A stretch of DNA of 64,000 nucleotides from Laetmonice hystrix (lineage: Eukaryota). The notes under the pieces were generated by a model, which was not told where the DNA came from, searched no databases, and saw only the letters and a program-made list of their open reading frames with translations. Of this stretch, positions 52,301 to 64,000 are shown one piece after another (within the stretch, counting starts at the first letter, position 1; each line of letters opens with the position of its first letter). The DNA is taken from contig OZ249436.1 in assembly GCA_965235115.1 (NCBI GenBank), positions 10,790,001 to 10,854,000 on the forward strand, in the 5' to 3' direction. The position numbers and the translations under genes are program-made.

Positions 52301-53377
52301 TTTTGTATCAGGCAGCTCTTTCTTGACATTTCCTCAGAATCTTCCGAAAATATCAAACTAGATTATTATAGGGGCATCATATATTTTGTCATCATTTCAT
52401 GCTTTCTTGAATTTCCTAACCAGACCGTGTACCCAGAAATGAGTTAATGTCGGGTTCCTTTTGACAGTTGTGTTCCCGTGTAGTGTTAAACTTGCCGTGC
52501 ACTATTCACCACGGGTAGTTCTAGATGTCCACGGAAGCACAACGTGTGTCTGAGGTCGTATGGTGATACATGCCCCGGAATGTTTGGCTGGTTTTCTCCG
52601 CGGCGGCGGCCCTGTGTACCGGTGACACCCACTGAGTGAGTCCGGTCAGCCGTCCACCTGCCGTTCCTTTGTACCCTGCCCCGCCCCACCCAACACCTGC
52701 ACCACAACTGGGTCGGTGGTTGGCTAACCTTACCTTAACACCAAATCCAGCACCTCAGACCAACGTCTTGTCATGTGTTAATTGGTGGGGTGATGAAAAG
52801 ATATGCTGTACTTCATCGGCCTCCTATAACGGGGCATGTCGTCTTGCTTAAGTTTTGGAATGAACTCTGGTACAAGGCGATACCTGGATATTTATCATGA
52901 TTTATTTTCATGATTAATATTTTCTTTGATTTATATGTCATGCAAAAAGATGGGTAGTTTTATTTAGGGCAGATTTATCATTCTTACAACAGCTTATCCA
53001 TTGTTGCATCTGACGCGTTGAAGCGAAGGTCTGGTTGCATGGCTAAAGTACCGGGTGCACACTAGGGGTCAGCACAATGTCCGACGTTCTACTCCCAAGC
53101 AGCTGTCCGTCTTACCGCAAGCCTCTATTTCTCCGGCCTTTTGTTCAGATATTTAATGTGCTCCCAGGGAGAACAAGCAAGTCTTTCCTTCAGTTCGTGG
53201 TATTTCACATGGCAAAGTGGGTAAAAAGTTTTACAGAATATTATTATCTTCTATACGGGTCCAACAGGTATTTGGTACCGTTCCATAGATTTGATGTTTC
53301 TGAGGGTCAGTGAGAGAGAATTTCATGTTGGCACACATTTGTATAAAACGTTTGTCGGAACCTTCTCTGGTTTTGTC

Positions 53378-54800
53378 TAAGAGTGTTGTGTGAAGGTTCT
53401 AGGTGTCGTTTGTATAATGTAGGGTTGGGTTGGGGATCGTACCTGAGACTGTGCATGGATACAGACAGTTGATATAAGATTGTTGTGTGAAGGTTTTAGG
53501 TGTCGTTTGTATAATGTAGGGTTGGGTTGGGGATCGTACCTGAGACTGTGCATGGATACAGACAGTTGATATAAGAGTGTTGTGTGAAGGTTCTAGGTGT
53601 CGTTTGTATAAGGTAGGGTTGGGTTGAGGATCGTACTGGAGACTGTGCATGGATACAGACAGTTGATATAAGAGTGTTGTGTGAAGGTTCTAGGTGTCGT
53701 TTGTATAATGTAGGGTTGGGTTGAGGATCGTACTGGAGACTGTGCATGGATACAGACAGTTGATATAAGAGTGTTGTGTGAAGGTTCTAGGTGTCGTTTG
53801 TATAATATAGGGTTGGGTTGAGGAGCGTACTGGGGCTGTCCATGGATACAGACAGTTGATATAAGAGTGTTGTGTGAAGGTTCTAGGTGTCGTTTGTATA
53901 AGGTAGGGTTGGGTTGAGGATCGTACTGTGCATGGATACAGACAGTTGATATAAGAGTGTTGTGTGAAGGTTCTAGGTGTCGTTTGTATAATGTAGGGTT
54001 GGGTTAAGGATCGTACTGGAGACTGTGCATGGATACAGACAGTTGATATAAGAGTGTTGTGTGAAGGTTCTAGGTGTCGTTTGTATAAGGTAGGGTTGGG
54101 TTGAGGATCGTACTGTGCATGGATACAGACAGTTGATATAAGAGTGTTGTGTGAAGGTTCTAGGTGTCGTTTGTATAATGTAGGGTTGGGTTGAGGATCG
54201 TACTGTGCATGGATACAGACAGTTGATATAAGAGTGTTGTGTGAAGGTTCTAGGTGTCGTTTGTATAATGTAGGGTTGGGTTGAGGATCGTACTGGAGAC
54301 TGTGCATGGATACAGACAGTTGATATAAGAGTGTTGTGTGAAGGTTCTAGGTGTCGTTTGTATAATGTAGGGTTGGGTTGAGGATCGTACTGGAGACTGT
54401 GCATGGATACAGACAGTTGATATAAGAGTGTTGTGTGAAGGTTCTAGGTGTCGTTTGTATAAGGTAGGGTTGGGTTGAGGATCGTACTGGAGACTGTGCA
54501 TGGATACAGACAGTTGATATAAGAGTGTTGTGTGAAGGTTCTAGGTGTCGTTTGTATAAGGTAGGGTTGGGTTGAGGATCGTACTGGAGACTGTGCATGG
54601 ATACAGACAGTTGATATAAGAGTGTTGTGTGAAGGTTCTAGGTGTCGTTTGTATAAGGTAGGGTTGGGTTGAGGATCGTACTGTGCATGGATACAGACAG
54701 TTGATATAAGAGTGTTGTGTGAAGGTTCTAGGTGTCGTTTGTATAATGTAGGGTTGGGTTAAGGATCGTACTGGAGACTGTCCATGGATACAGACAGTTA
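53378..54800. repeat. 97-bp tandem repeat (with a 90-bp deletion variant), ~15 copies
   Basis: Unit TAAGAGTGTTGTGTGAAGGTTCTAGGTGTCGTTTGTATAATGTAGGGTTGGGTTGAGGATCGTACTGGAGACTGTGCATGGATACAGACAGTTGATA. Confidence 0.97.
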
Positions 54801-55217
54801 ATATTTTTTTATTCTGAAGAGGATTGTAAGCCCGATTGGTAGGGCCTACACCGTACTGTGGTTTCTGTTCTTTGACCTCGTGCTAGGGCGAACCGAGGTC
54901 AATTGTTTCCATGGATACCGTCAACATGTCATATCGTAACGTATATCATCTGCATGCAATGTGACATTCGTATCAAGCCACCCATACAAGTTGAACTACC
55001 TTTATCGAAATGATGAACTATGTTATGTTTTTGTCAAAAAGCTTTCTATGTCTATGGATCCCATTGGTATGCCTACAATTAGTGGTAGGCCTACTCCTGA
55101 TATAGGTGTGAAAAGGTTGTGACAGTTTTCAACAAATTACATGTCATGACATTACTGTATGGAAATATCCATACTTTTTACAAATCGACTGAAAAAAGAG
55201 CCAGGCCTACCCTCCAG

Positions 55218-55428
55218 GGCCCAGTTTTTTTGTTTACTTTTCCACCGTGAGCAAGGGTAAGCTGAGCTAAGCAAGGGTGAGCATGAGCTCATTCTCAAGC
55301 AAGCTCACGAAAAAACACCCCAAAAAACGAAAACAGTGAGCAAAACGGTGAGCATGAGCTTCTGCTCACCCTTGCTCAGCTCAGCTCACCCTTGCTCACG
55401 GTGGAAAAGTAAACAAAAAAACCGGCCC
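55218..55428. mobile_element. Palindromic PIF/Harbinger-type MITE with CAG (CWG) 3-bp TSD
   Basis: GGCCCAGTTTTTTTGTTTACTTTTCCACCGTGAGCAAGGGT.. / ..ACCCTTGCTCACGGTGGAAAAGTAAACAAAAAAACCGGCCC; CAG at 55215-55217 and 55429-55431. Confidence 0.8.
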
Positions 55429-57162
55429 CAGGGGCGAAGAGTATCCTCCATGGATAAGGCATTACATTGTATAAAGCCTCTCTCATGGCGGTGGGTAATG
55501 TAGACACCGGGATAGTAAGATGTAACGACCATCGACTAGTCAATAACTGTAACATAATAACAGAGTATTCACATAGCATGGAAGGAATCAGTGTTAGGTC
55601 GAGTACAATAGAACAAGCTCGCTGTAGTTGTACTTTAGAATTCAGGGCACTGAATCTGGTAGTGTTGAACTCATTAAACCAGACACCAGACAGGCTAAGT
55701 CCTCGTACAAATGCGGAACCGTTTGACAGAGAAATAATTTACATATATTACCAAGACAATTCAAATCAAAATGTCGCGATTTAGATAATTTTACGCAGCA
55801 ATATGAGAAATACGTGGTAAATAGTGTCATGCCATTGCATAAATCAGGGTTACATGTATGTTTATTATCTATGCACATTTACCAGCCAATATTTTTTTGG
55901 TACCGGGTATTTATCTATTATATATGAGGTTTTTTGGTGAACTTTGTATGATTGTGTCAAACATGTGGGATAAAATCAAGTGAAGGAGCCTGGTGCGACA
56001 GCTGCCCTGCGTGCAGGTATGAGAACTAGCAGCCTTCTCGTTTATACCAAACTTTATTAACCTTTGGCAGGGTGTGGCTCACTGGATGAAATAATGAGGT
56101 TTATTATTCCCTCCATATGTCACATCTAGTCTTACCATGGCAGTATTATGTCCTGTTCAGGCAATAAACCAAACACATAGAATGAATGGACCAATGATGT
56201 AGGAGTTTGTACGTCATGTCTTAATCTCAGATGTGAAGATGTCTGTAGAAATTTGATTACTTGATGCAGTTTCTTACATTAAGTTAATCTAAAACAATGA
56301 AGCATAATGCTTTATCAAAATAATGTCATACAAATATGATCCAGACAATGAAATGACTGATGTTTTTGATATAAGAGTCTTGTGTGAGGGTTCTAGGTGT
56401 CGGATCGTTTGTCGTAATTCACCAGAGAGTCATTCTAACATTGATTAACAAACTATAACTTGATATCATTAAAAATAAGTACTTCTAGTTCCCCGGGGGT
56501 TACTTAGTAGGGGATATATATAACAATAATATATGGCACAAGCCTAAACCTTGAAATCCAAATGACTTTTTAACTGGCCTGTAGCTTCTTGAAGTACAAA
56601 GTCGTAAAGAAAATCACAACAGACAGCTGTTTTTCAGACCAGTGACTTTGACACAGGTAGGGAGGGGGGTGGGGGGGGGGGGGCACTCCAGGAAACAGAT
56701 GTTCCAGTGCTCATGGTCTCAATCACCATATGTGGTTCAGAATGTTCAGTATGCGGCTCCGACCTTTGCTAGTGCATTTTGTCTGTTTGATGACAAGTTT
56801 TCCCAGACCAGTGTAGATATTAGGTTAGTGTAGGGCTCAGAGTTGTCTGTGAATCTTCCCATGTATGTGAATAACTGAATTATCCTAATGAAGTGCGGTG
56901 ATCTACTAATCTAAGTCTTGTCTTAATAACGATATACCAAAACATTTTAACTGGAGTTTCATTACTTTTTCATTACTTTGAATTATTGTTGGCTATAATA
57001 CGTCTAAGACTAAGTATAGCTTATGTTAAATCATTTATAGCCTTAGCCTTATTTGTTTTCCCGCATTAAACTCTTTTGCATCACCCAAAGGTTAATGTAT
57101 GGTCTGTACAGTGAATAGAGTGAACAGAAAAGGTGCAGGCATTACAATACAGTACACATGTG

Positions 57163-57800
57163 TTAGCCCCCAAAATGAAGGGGCGGGGCTGTTAATTCAC
57201 CCTCCGTACGTGCGTACGTACGTACGTACGTCCGTCCTTCCGTCCGTAAACAGCGATTTCTCAGAAGTGTATGGATCAAATTGTATGAAACTTTACACAA
57301 TGATCAGGGACGGTCTGAGGATGATACACGTCAAATAAAGTTTTGATATCATTCAAAATGGACTTAGCAACCGTCTTGGATGTAAACATATTTCAAGCAG
57401 TAACTCGGACAAAACGATCCCGATTTTTCCAAATATGGTGCAAAGAAGAACCATATGAGGGGCAATGTAGAGTCTATATGCCAATGTATACCCCGGTACT
57501 TAGTTGAGAGCAAATATGGCGACATGGCGGCCATGTTTGTATTTTGACCCCCAAAATAACACTGTTTTTGGATCACATCGCGAAAACGGTCAAGATAACG
57601 CAATAGTTACTATTATTGACGGATAGGTGGTCATATATGAACTTTCGTTTGGCGCCATTTTCAATGACCCTGAGTGATCTTGAAAGGTCAATTTAGTTTG
57701 TGTTCAGAATAAATATAAGAGTTTAAGGTAATCATATACTTTCTATAAACGAAGGTTAGGAAGTCGATATTACGTTTTACGTTGAGTGACTTGGTGAGAT
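57163..57800 (+). mobile_element. DINE-1/HINE (non-autonomous Helentron)-like element; 3' end uncertain
   Basis: Starts TTAGCCCC..GGGGCT (short subterminal inverted repeat), followed by a (CGTA/CGTC)n microsatellite at 57204-57247 and ATGAAACTTTACACA / TGACC-GGTCA motifs typical of these elements. Confidence 0.5.
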
Positions 57801-58406
57801 CAGTCATGGATATTTTTGACGATCATATCATGTATCAAAGATGTTCTATCATGGACCCACAGATTATTAGTCCTTACCCAGTTGGGGCTGTAACTCCGAA
57901 GGGGTCTTGTTTTTATTGCGCCTCCCACCTTACTGGTAGGAGGCCTGTGACCGAGCTGAGGTGGGTGCATGCACAGCCTGCGTTGGGCCGGACATCACCT
58001 GTTCCGTGGCCGATGGCCGAGGGTGTCCGACCAGTGCCCAGTGGTAATACAGCAGAGCTATGTACAATTACAGGCCTCCCACTGTGCTCACGGACACTCA
58101 GGCCATATCCATGTGTTACCAAAGATTCTGCCCAGTTGTAGCAGTTGGATAGGAGGCCACACATCGCCTCATTGGTCAGTGTGTCATGATCGAAGCAAGT
58201 CACAGGAGAGACGGCACTTCTGGCTGAAGGTACACACGGGATATGCAGCAGTTATCTGGCGCTTTACGTGGCGATGGAGATTTTACTGAACAAAGGCTGC
58301 GAATCTCGATAATTTCTTGGCGGTGTCTATTTTCTTTGTGGCGATTCACTGAAAATGACTCTAGTTTGAACCCCATAGGAAGGCAACTCGCTAGTTTCGA
58401 CTCAAA

Positions 58407-59315
58407 ATGCCCCTTGTTGGAAATCTGCTTCACCCAGCCTCCACCTGCACCAACTGTTTAGGTCTAGATGACCACCGAAACCAGGACGCAGGTAATCAGG
58501 CTCGGAGTTCGGAGACTTCCAGACCTCTGGACCTGCCATGTACCTTACAGGGTCCAGTCATTAAAATGCAGTCAGTACTAGCCGAACTGATACATTACTT
58601 CAGCCAGCAGAGATCAAATGATGACTGTGCTCTGCCTGCTTTCGAGGGACGAGTGGACTGGCCGAAGATCTGCGGTCTTCAGCCCAGGAAAAGGCGTCCG
58701 ACAAAAACCCGGGAAGGGGATGAGGATGAGGAAGATGAGGAGGATGAGGAGCCTCAGTCGGTGGCCTGTTGGAAGTGGACCCTTCCAAACCTATGCCAGC
58801 CGCGCCCAAACAGGTATGAATCGGAAGCCCCAAACAAACCGGTCAAGCTGATCGCTGTCCTTCAGGAAGAAAGTGCACGTAAACCGGCAGGCACGTCGAT
58901 ATACAGGAGGATTAACCTAACTGATTCGGTCTCTTGTGTACCTGTTACCAAGGTAGAACACTTCCAAAGTTCAGGCGAATCAAAAAGCCAAGCTTTCATC
59001 TCAAACGGAATGAAAAAAATCAATAACATAAAAGAGGCAGTGTACAGGATTAGAGAGACGTACAACAACGAGAGAAGGCCAAGGAGCCGAGAGAGGAAAC
59101 TTGACCCATGTAAGATTGACAGGTCGACGATAATGTATCAAGACCTGGATATGTTAGACGGCTTACACGGAGGAATTGTTCATGATCTTCAAGACTGTCC
59201 TTCTGCAAGACTTGCCAAGGAGTCCCGACAGCGACTGCGCAACCTTCACGTCACACATAGGGGAAGGATGGGGCAGACACGCATGACCGAAATGCTCATC
59301 TGTAAGCCTTCTTGA
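58407..59315 (+). CDS. Intronless 302-codon ORF of unknown function, probably TE-derived
   Basis: Longest non-repetitive ORF in the window; protein-like composition (basic PRKRR, acidic DEDEEDEEDEE tract, Cys/Trp motifs); no family recognised; lies within the inferred SH2D4 5' intron. Confidence 0.35.
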   Translation: MPLVGNLLHPASTCTNCLGLDDHRNQDAGNQARSSETSRPLDLPCTLQGPVIKMQSVLAELIHYFSQQRSNDDCALPAFEGRVDWPKICGLQPRKRRPTKTREGDEDEEDEEDEEPQSVACWKWTLPNLCQPRPNRYESEAPNKPVKLIAVLQEESARKPAGTSIYRRINLTDSVSCVPVTKVEHFQSSGESKSQAFISNGMKKINNIKEAVYRIRETYNNERRPRSRERKLDPCKIDRSTIMYQDLDMLDGLHGGIVHDLQDCPSARLAKESRQRLRNLHVTHRGRMGQTRMTEMLICKPS

Positions 59316-60029
59316 TCGTAATTTATTTATTAAAGCGGCATGTCTAACTTAATTCTATTAAGTCTATTCCGTTAAGTTCCATTGAGTGTTTCAGAAGTGT
59401 TTTGATGAAAGTAAAAGTGAATGACCAATGAGGAAAACATGCACTTTACAGTAAATGTGTATAAAATACAGCAACGTGCAGGCCTTCAATAACTGCTACA
59501 CAGGTTTGCTTAAATTGTCACAGCACACACAAGTATCACGCTGAAAATGGTTGTAGACAGTCGGTACTCCGAATGGAATACATGAATAGGTGCCTGGGCT
59601 GACCTCTTGCAGCTATGCTAGGTAAATTATATTTGATGATGATAGGATATAGTCATTATGTGATCAGCTCTAAGAAGATACCTTCCAGGCAAGTCGGTAA
59701 TTAATGCAGACTCTGCACCAGATGTGTGGTACTGAAAGACGTCTGTGCATCATTATCATGTCTCAGTAATTGCTATCAGTTGATTGGTTAATTGGTCTTC
59801 ATGATAATATTTCCAGTATAGAACTCGTATGTTTCATGACTACATCTATATGATTTAAGTGGGTAATAGAGTCGGAAGGACTGAGCGAAATGATGAAAGG
59901 TAGGAAAAGTGTTCGGGAAGGTAAAGTTGTTTAATCTTTCGATTTCTAACAGGACTTGGCCCCAAATGTATGTTAATAGGATAATAGGCATATCCCTGGA
60001 TCATGCTCAATATCTGGCGCAAGCACCCA

Positions 60030-62246
60030 GTGTGGACACGGTCAGGTCCCACCCACCAACTGTGGACACGGTAAGGTCCCAACCATCCATTGTGTGGACA
60101 CGGTCAGGTCCCACCCACCAACTGTGGACACGGTAAGGTCCCAACCATCCATTGTGTGGACACGGTCAGGTCACACCCACCAACTGTGGACACGGTCAGG
60201 TCACACCCACCCACTGTGGACACGGTCAGGTCCCCCCCACCAACTGTGGACACGGTCAGGTCCCCCCCACCAACTGTGGACACGGTCAGGTCACACCCAC
60301 CAACTGTGGACACGGTCAGGTCACACCCACCAACTGTGGACACGGTAAGGTCCCAACCATCCATTGTGTGGACACGGTCAGGTCACACCCACCAACTGTG
60401 GACACGGTCAGGTCACACCCACCAACTGTGGACACGGTCAGGTCACACCCATCCACTGTGTGGACACGGTCAGGTCACACCTACCAACTGTGGACACGGT
60501 CAGGTCACACCCACCAACTGTGGACACGGTAAGGTCCCAACCATCCATTGTGTGGACACGGTCAGGTCCCAACCACCAACTGTGGACACGGTCAGGTCAC
60601 ACCCACCAACTGTGGACACGGTCAGGTCACACCCATCCACTGTGTGGACACGGTCAGGTCACACCCACCAACTGTGGACACGGTCAGGTCCCAACCACCA
60701 ACTGTGGACACGGTTAGGTCACACCCACCAACTGTGGGCACGGTAAGGTCACACCCATCCACTTTGTGGACACGGTCAGGGCACACCCACCAACTGTGGA
60801 CACGGTCAGGTCACACCCACCTACTGTGGACACGGTCAGGTCACACCCATCCACTGTGTGGACACGGTCAGGTCACACCCACCAACTGTGGACACGGTCA
60901 GGTCTCACCCACCAACTGTGGACACGGTCAGGTCACACCCACCAACTGTGGACACGGTAAGGTCACACCCATTCACTGTGTGGACACGGTCAGGTCACAC
61001 CCATCCACTGTGTGGACACGGTCAGGTCACACCCATCCACTGTGTGGACACGGTGAGGTCCAACCCGCCCAGTGTGGACACGGTCAGGTCACACCCATCC
61101 ACTGTGTGGACACGGTCAGGTCACACCCATTCACTGTGTGGACACGGTCAGGTCACACCCATTCACTGTGTGGACACGGTCAGGTCACACCCATCCACTG
61201 TGTGGACACGGTCAGGTCACACCCACCCACTGTGGACACGGTCAGGTCACACCCATCCATTGTGTGGACACGGTCAGGTCACACCCATCCACTGTGTGGA
61301 CACGGTCAGGTCACACCCACCCACTGTGGACACGGTCAGGTCACACCCATCCACTGTGTGGACACGGTCAGGTCACACCCATCCATTGTGTGGACACGGT
61401 CAGGTCACACCCATCCACTGTGTGGACACGGTCAGGTCACACCCATCCACTGTGTGGACACGGTCAGGTCACACCCATCCACTGTGTGGACACGGTCAGG
61501 TCACACCCATCCACTGTGTGGACACGGTCAGGTCACGCCCATCCACTGTGTGGACACGGTCAGGTCACACCCACCCACTGTGGACACGGTCAGGTCACAC
61601 CCATCCACTGTGTGGACACGGTCAGGTCACACCCATCCACTGTGTGGACACGGTCAGGTCACACCCATCCATTGTGTGGACACGGTCAGGTCACACCCAT
61701 CCACTGTGTGGACACGGTCAGGTCACACCCATCCACTGTGTGGACACGGTCAGGTCACACCCATCCACTGTGTGGACACGGTCAGGTCACACCCATCCAC
61801 TGTGTGGACACGGTCAGGTCACGCCCATCCACTGTGGACACGGTCAGGTCACACCCATCCACTGTGTGGACACGGTCAGGTCACACCCATCCACTGTGTG
61901 GACACGGTCAGGTCACACCCATCCATTGTGTGGACACGGTCAGGTCACACCCATCCACTGTGTGGACACGGTCAGGTCACACCCACCCACTGTGGACACG
62001 GTCAGGTCACACCCATCCACTGTGTGGACACGGTCAGGTCACACCCATCCATTGTGTGGACACGGTCAGGTCACACCCATCCATTGTGTGGACACGGTCA
62101 GGTCACACCCATCCACTGTGTGGACACGGTCAGGTCACACCCATCCATTGTGTGGACACGGTCAGGTCACACCCATCCACTGTGTGGACACGGTCAGGTC
62201 ACACCCATCCACTGTGTGGACACGGTCAGGTCACACCCATCCACTG
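60030..62246. repeat. 30/32-bp minisatellite, ~70 copies
   Basis: Units TGTGGACACGGTCAGGTCACACCCACCAAC (30) and TGTGTGGACACGGTCAGGTCACACCCATCCAC (32). Confidence 0.97.
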
Positions 62247-63116
62247 CAGAGAAATTTCGGGCAAATCAACCCCGCTGCCCCCTTAACCAAAGAGTTCCCA
62301 TCCGCCCATGTTTGAAACCAGCTGATTTGAGTATTTATAAGCGGAGCCGATTAATAAGAATGGTTATAAATAGGCAATTATATCATATAAAACGCATAAT
62401 GACATAATCCGAACTGAAAGGTTATGGAGGTGACGCTAACCAAGCGCCTCCTGCCATGAAACCATAGAAACTCTATGTCATGACGCCAGTAAATCAATCA
62501 CCCGGTGAGGTCACGTCACTGCTACATAAAGACCGAGCCCGTCTGTTGACAAGACCTGCGGTCAGCCGACACACTTCGGCTTGTTCTGGTGGCACTTGGC
62601 AAAGTTTGACTGACGGAAGGCATTCTGTCGGTATTTGTGGTAGTAATCAGACCAACAATAATAGTTGGCAAACACCGTACACGCTAAACGCCATGCTTCC
62701 TTCACATATCACTGTACTGAGTCTAACAGCTGCAAGTCTTGGCATCTCAACAGCCATCGATTCACGGTCGTGCCCAAAGGAAGTGTCTCAAAGGATATAG
62801 AGACCTTGGTAAATCAATGGCAATCTGTCTATCCACGTACCGTACTATTACAGATAAACTTTCTAGCTTTGATTTGAATATACCTGAATACCTCAAATGT
62901 ACAGTGAGACGGGATAATGCTTCCGTGAATTCATGCTTGACTTGTGATATACATGTAATCTCAATGTATATCCAACAGGAAAATATTTGGTCTTGTGTGT
63001 GTGTGGGGGGGGGGGGGGGTCTGAGTCAAGTGTCAAGATCCTTCATGATAGAGCCTCTCTGTCTAACTTACTTTTCTTTTAAGGTTGTGGTTTTCATTTT
63101 AGGATATCCTTGTTGA

Positions 63117-63341
<225 letters not shown>

Positions 63342-64000
63342 TGAGCCTGACATGGCTTGCTATACTTTTTGTTTGTGTTTTCTTAATTAAATTGGTCATT
63401 AAATCCACTAAATCATCCACTGAATGAGAGGTCTATGCTCTGACGGAAACCTTGCGAAAATTTTTTTTGCCCATTTTTGTATATGCGCCCTTTATATTTT
63501 GACCGAAGATTTTGAAAAAGGTATTTTTTCTTAAAATCTTCCGTGGGTTTTGTAGGCTGTCAATGCATCTCGCTTTCACCGTGTCGATGCCTGCAGTGAC
63601 TGATTGAGGCAGAAAATGCCGGCCCTTCCCCATTATACTCTATTGTACATGTAGTTAAGCAGTTGTAGATCTATATGCTTTATAATAATACTTTTCTGAA
63701 CCGAGGGATCTAGCACAGGTGGCCTCGAAACACTTGTCAAAAGGACACATGTGGCTGGATTTGGCTATCTTCTTTTTATATTAAAAAAGCTGTATTGACG
63801 GATTGCAAAAATAATCCGGTAACCTGAGGGTCTGTTCAGCATCAGTCCAGTCATGAAAACTTAGAAATAGCACACGTCATAGAGTAAGGTATGGACACAA
63901 TATATCATATTGGTATGGACCAGAATGCGGCGCAGTCTGTTACAGTAAAATATCATATGTCATACATACTATGACATATGATATGACATAATATATGTTT

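Noticed and set aside
53399..54598. Repetitive minus-strand ORFs
   Set aside because: Translations of the 97-bp tandem repeat; the unit length is not a multiple of 3.
60090..62407. Long ORFs (619, 485, 404 aa) in three frames
   Set aside because: They arise from a stop-free 30/32-bp minisatellite; unit lengths shift the frame freely, so there is no coding constraint.
63695..63740. Hammerhead-like CTGAA..CGAGG..CCTCGAAAC
   Set aside because: The core deviates from CUGAnGA, and stems I/III are not evident.

Overview
Repeat-rich eukaryotic (metazoan, most likely invertebrate) genomic DNA with almost no host coding sequence. The only confidently recognisable host coding piece is the first coding exon of an SH2D4A/B-like gene (63198-63296, +). 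Its putative non-coding first exon and GC-rich promoter lie ~17.5 kb upstream (~45.2-45.7 kb). The main structure is a ~6.2-kb decayed two-gene PIF/Harbinger transposon (13196-19429), with a spliced HARBI1-like DDE transposase on - and a convergent basic accessory ORF on +. A 2.3-kb CAC-ended element with perfect 52-bp TIRs and a 5-bp TSD (Transib-like) inserted exactly at one of the transposase splice acceptors, and it carries a tRNA-derived V-SINE. The window also holds a Meta-SINE, many MITEs (hAT-, CACTA- and Harbinger-like), a DINE/HINE-like element and eight unrelated tandem arrays (16, 21, 30/32, 37, 62, 68, 97 and ~115 bp units). A ~850-bp macro-repeat has one unit interrupted by a circularly permuted 335-bp Pol III/tRNA-like monomer with no TSD. 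All family calls come from motif recognition by eye; no searches were run.
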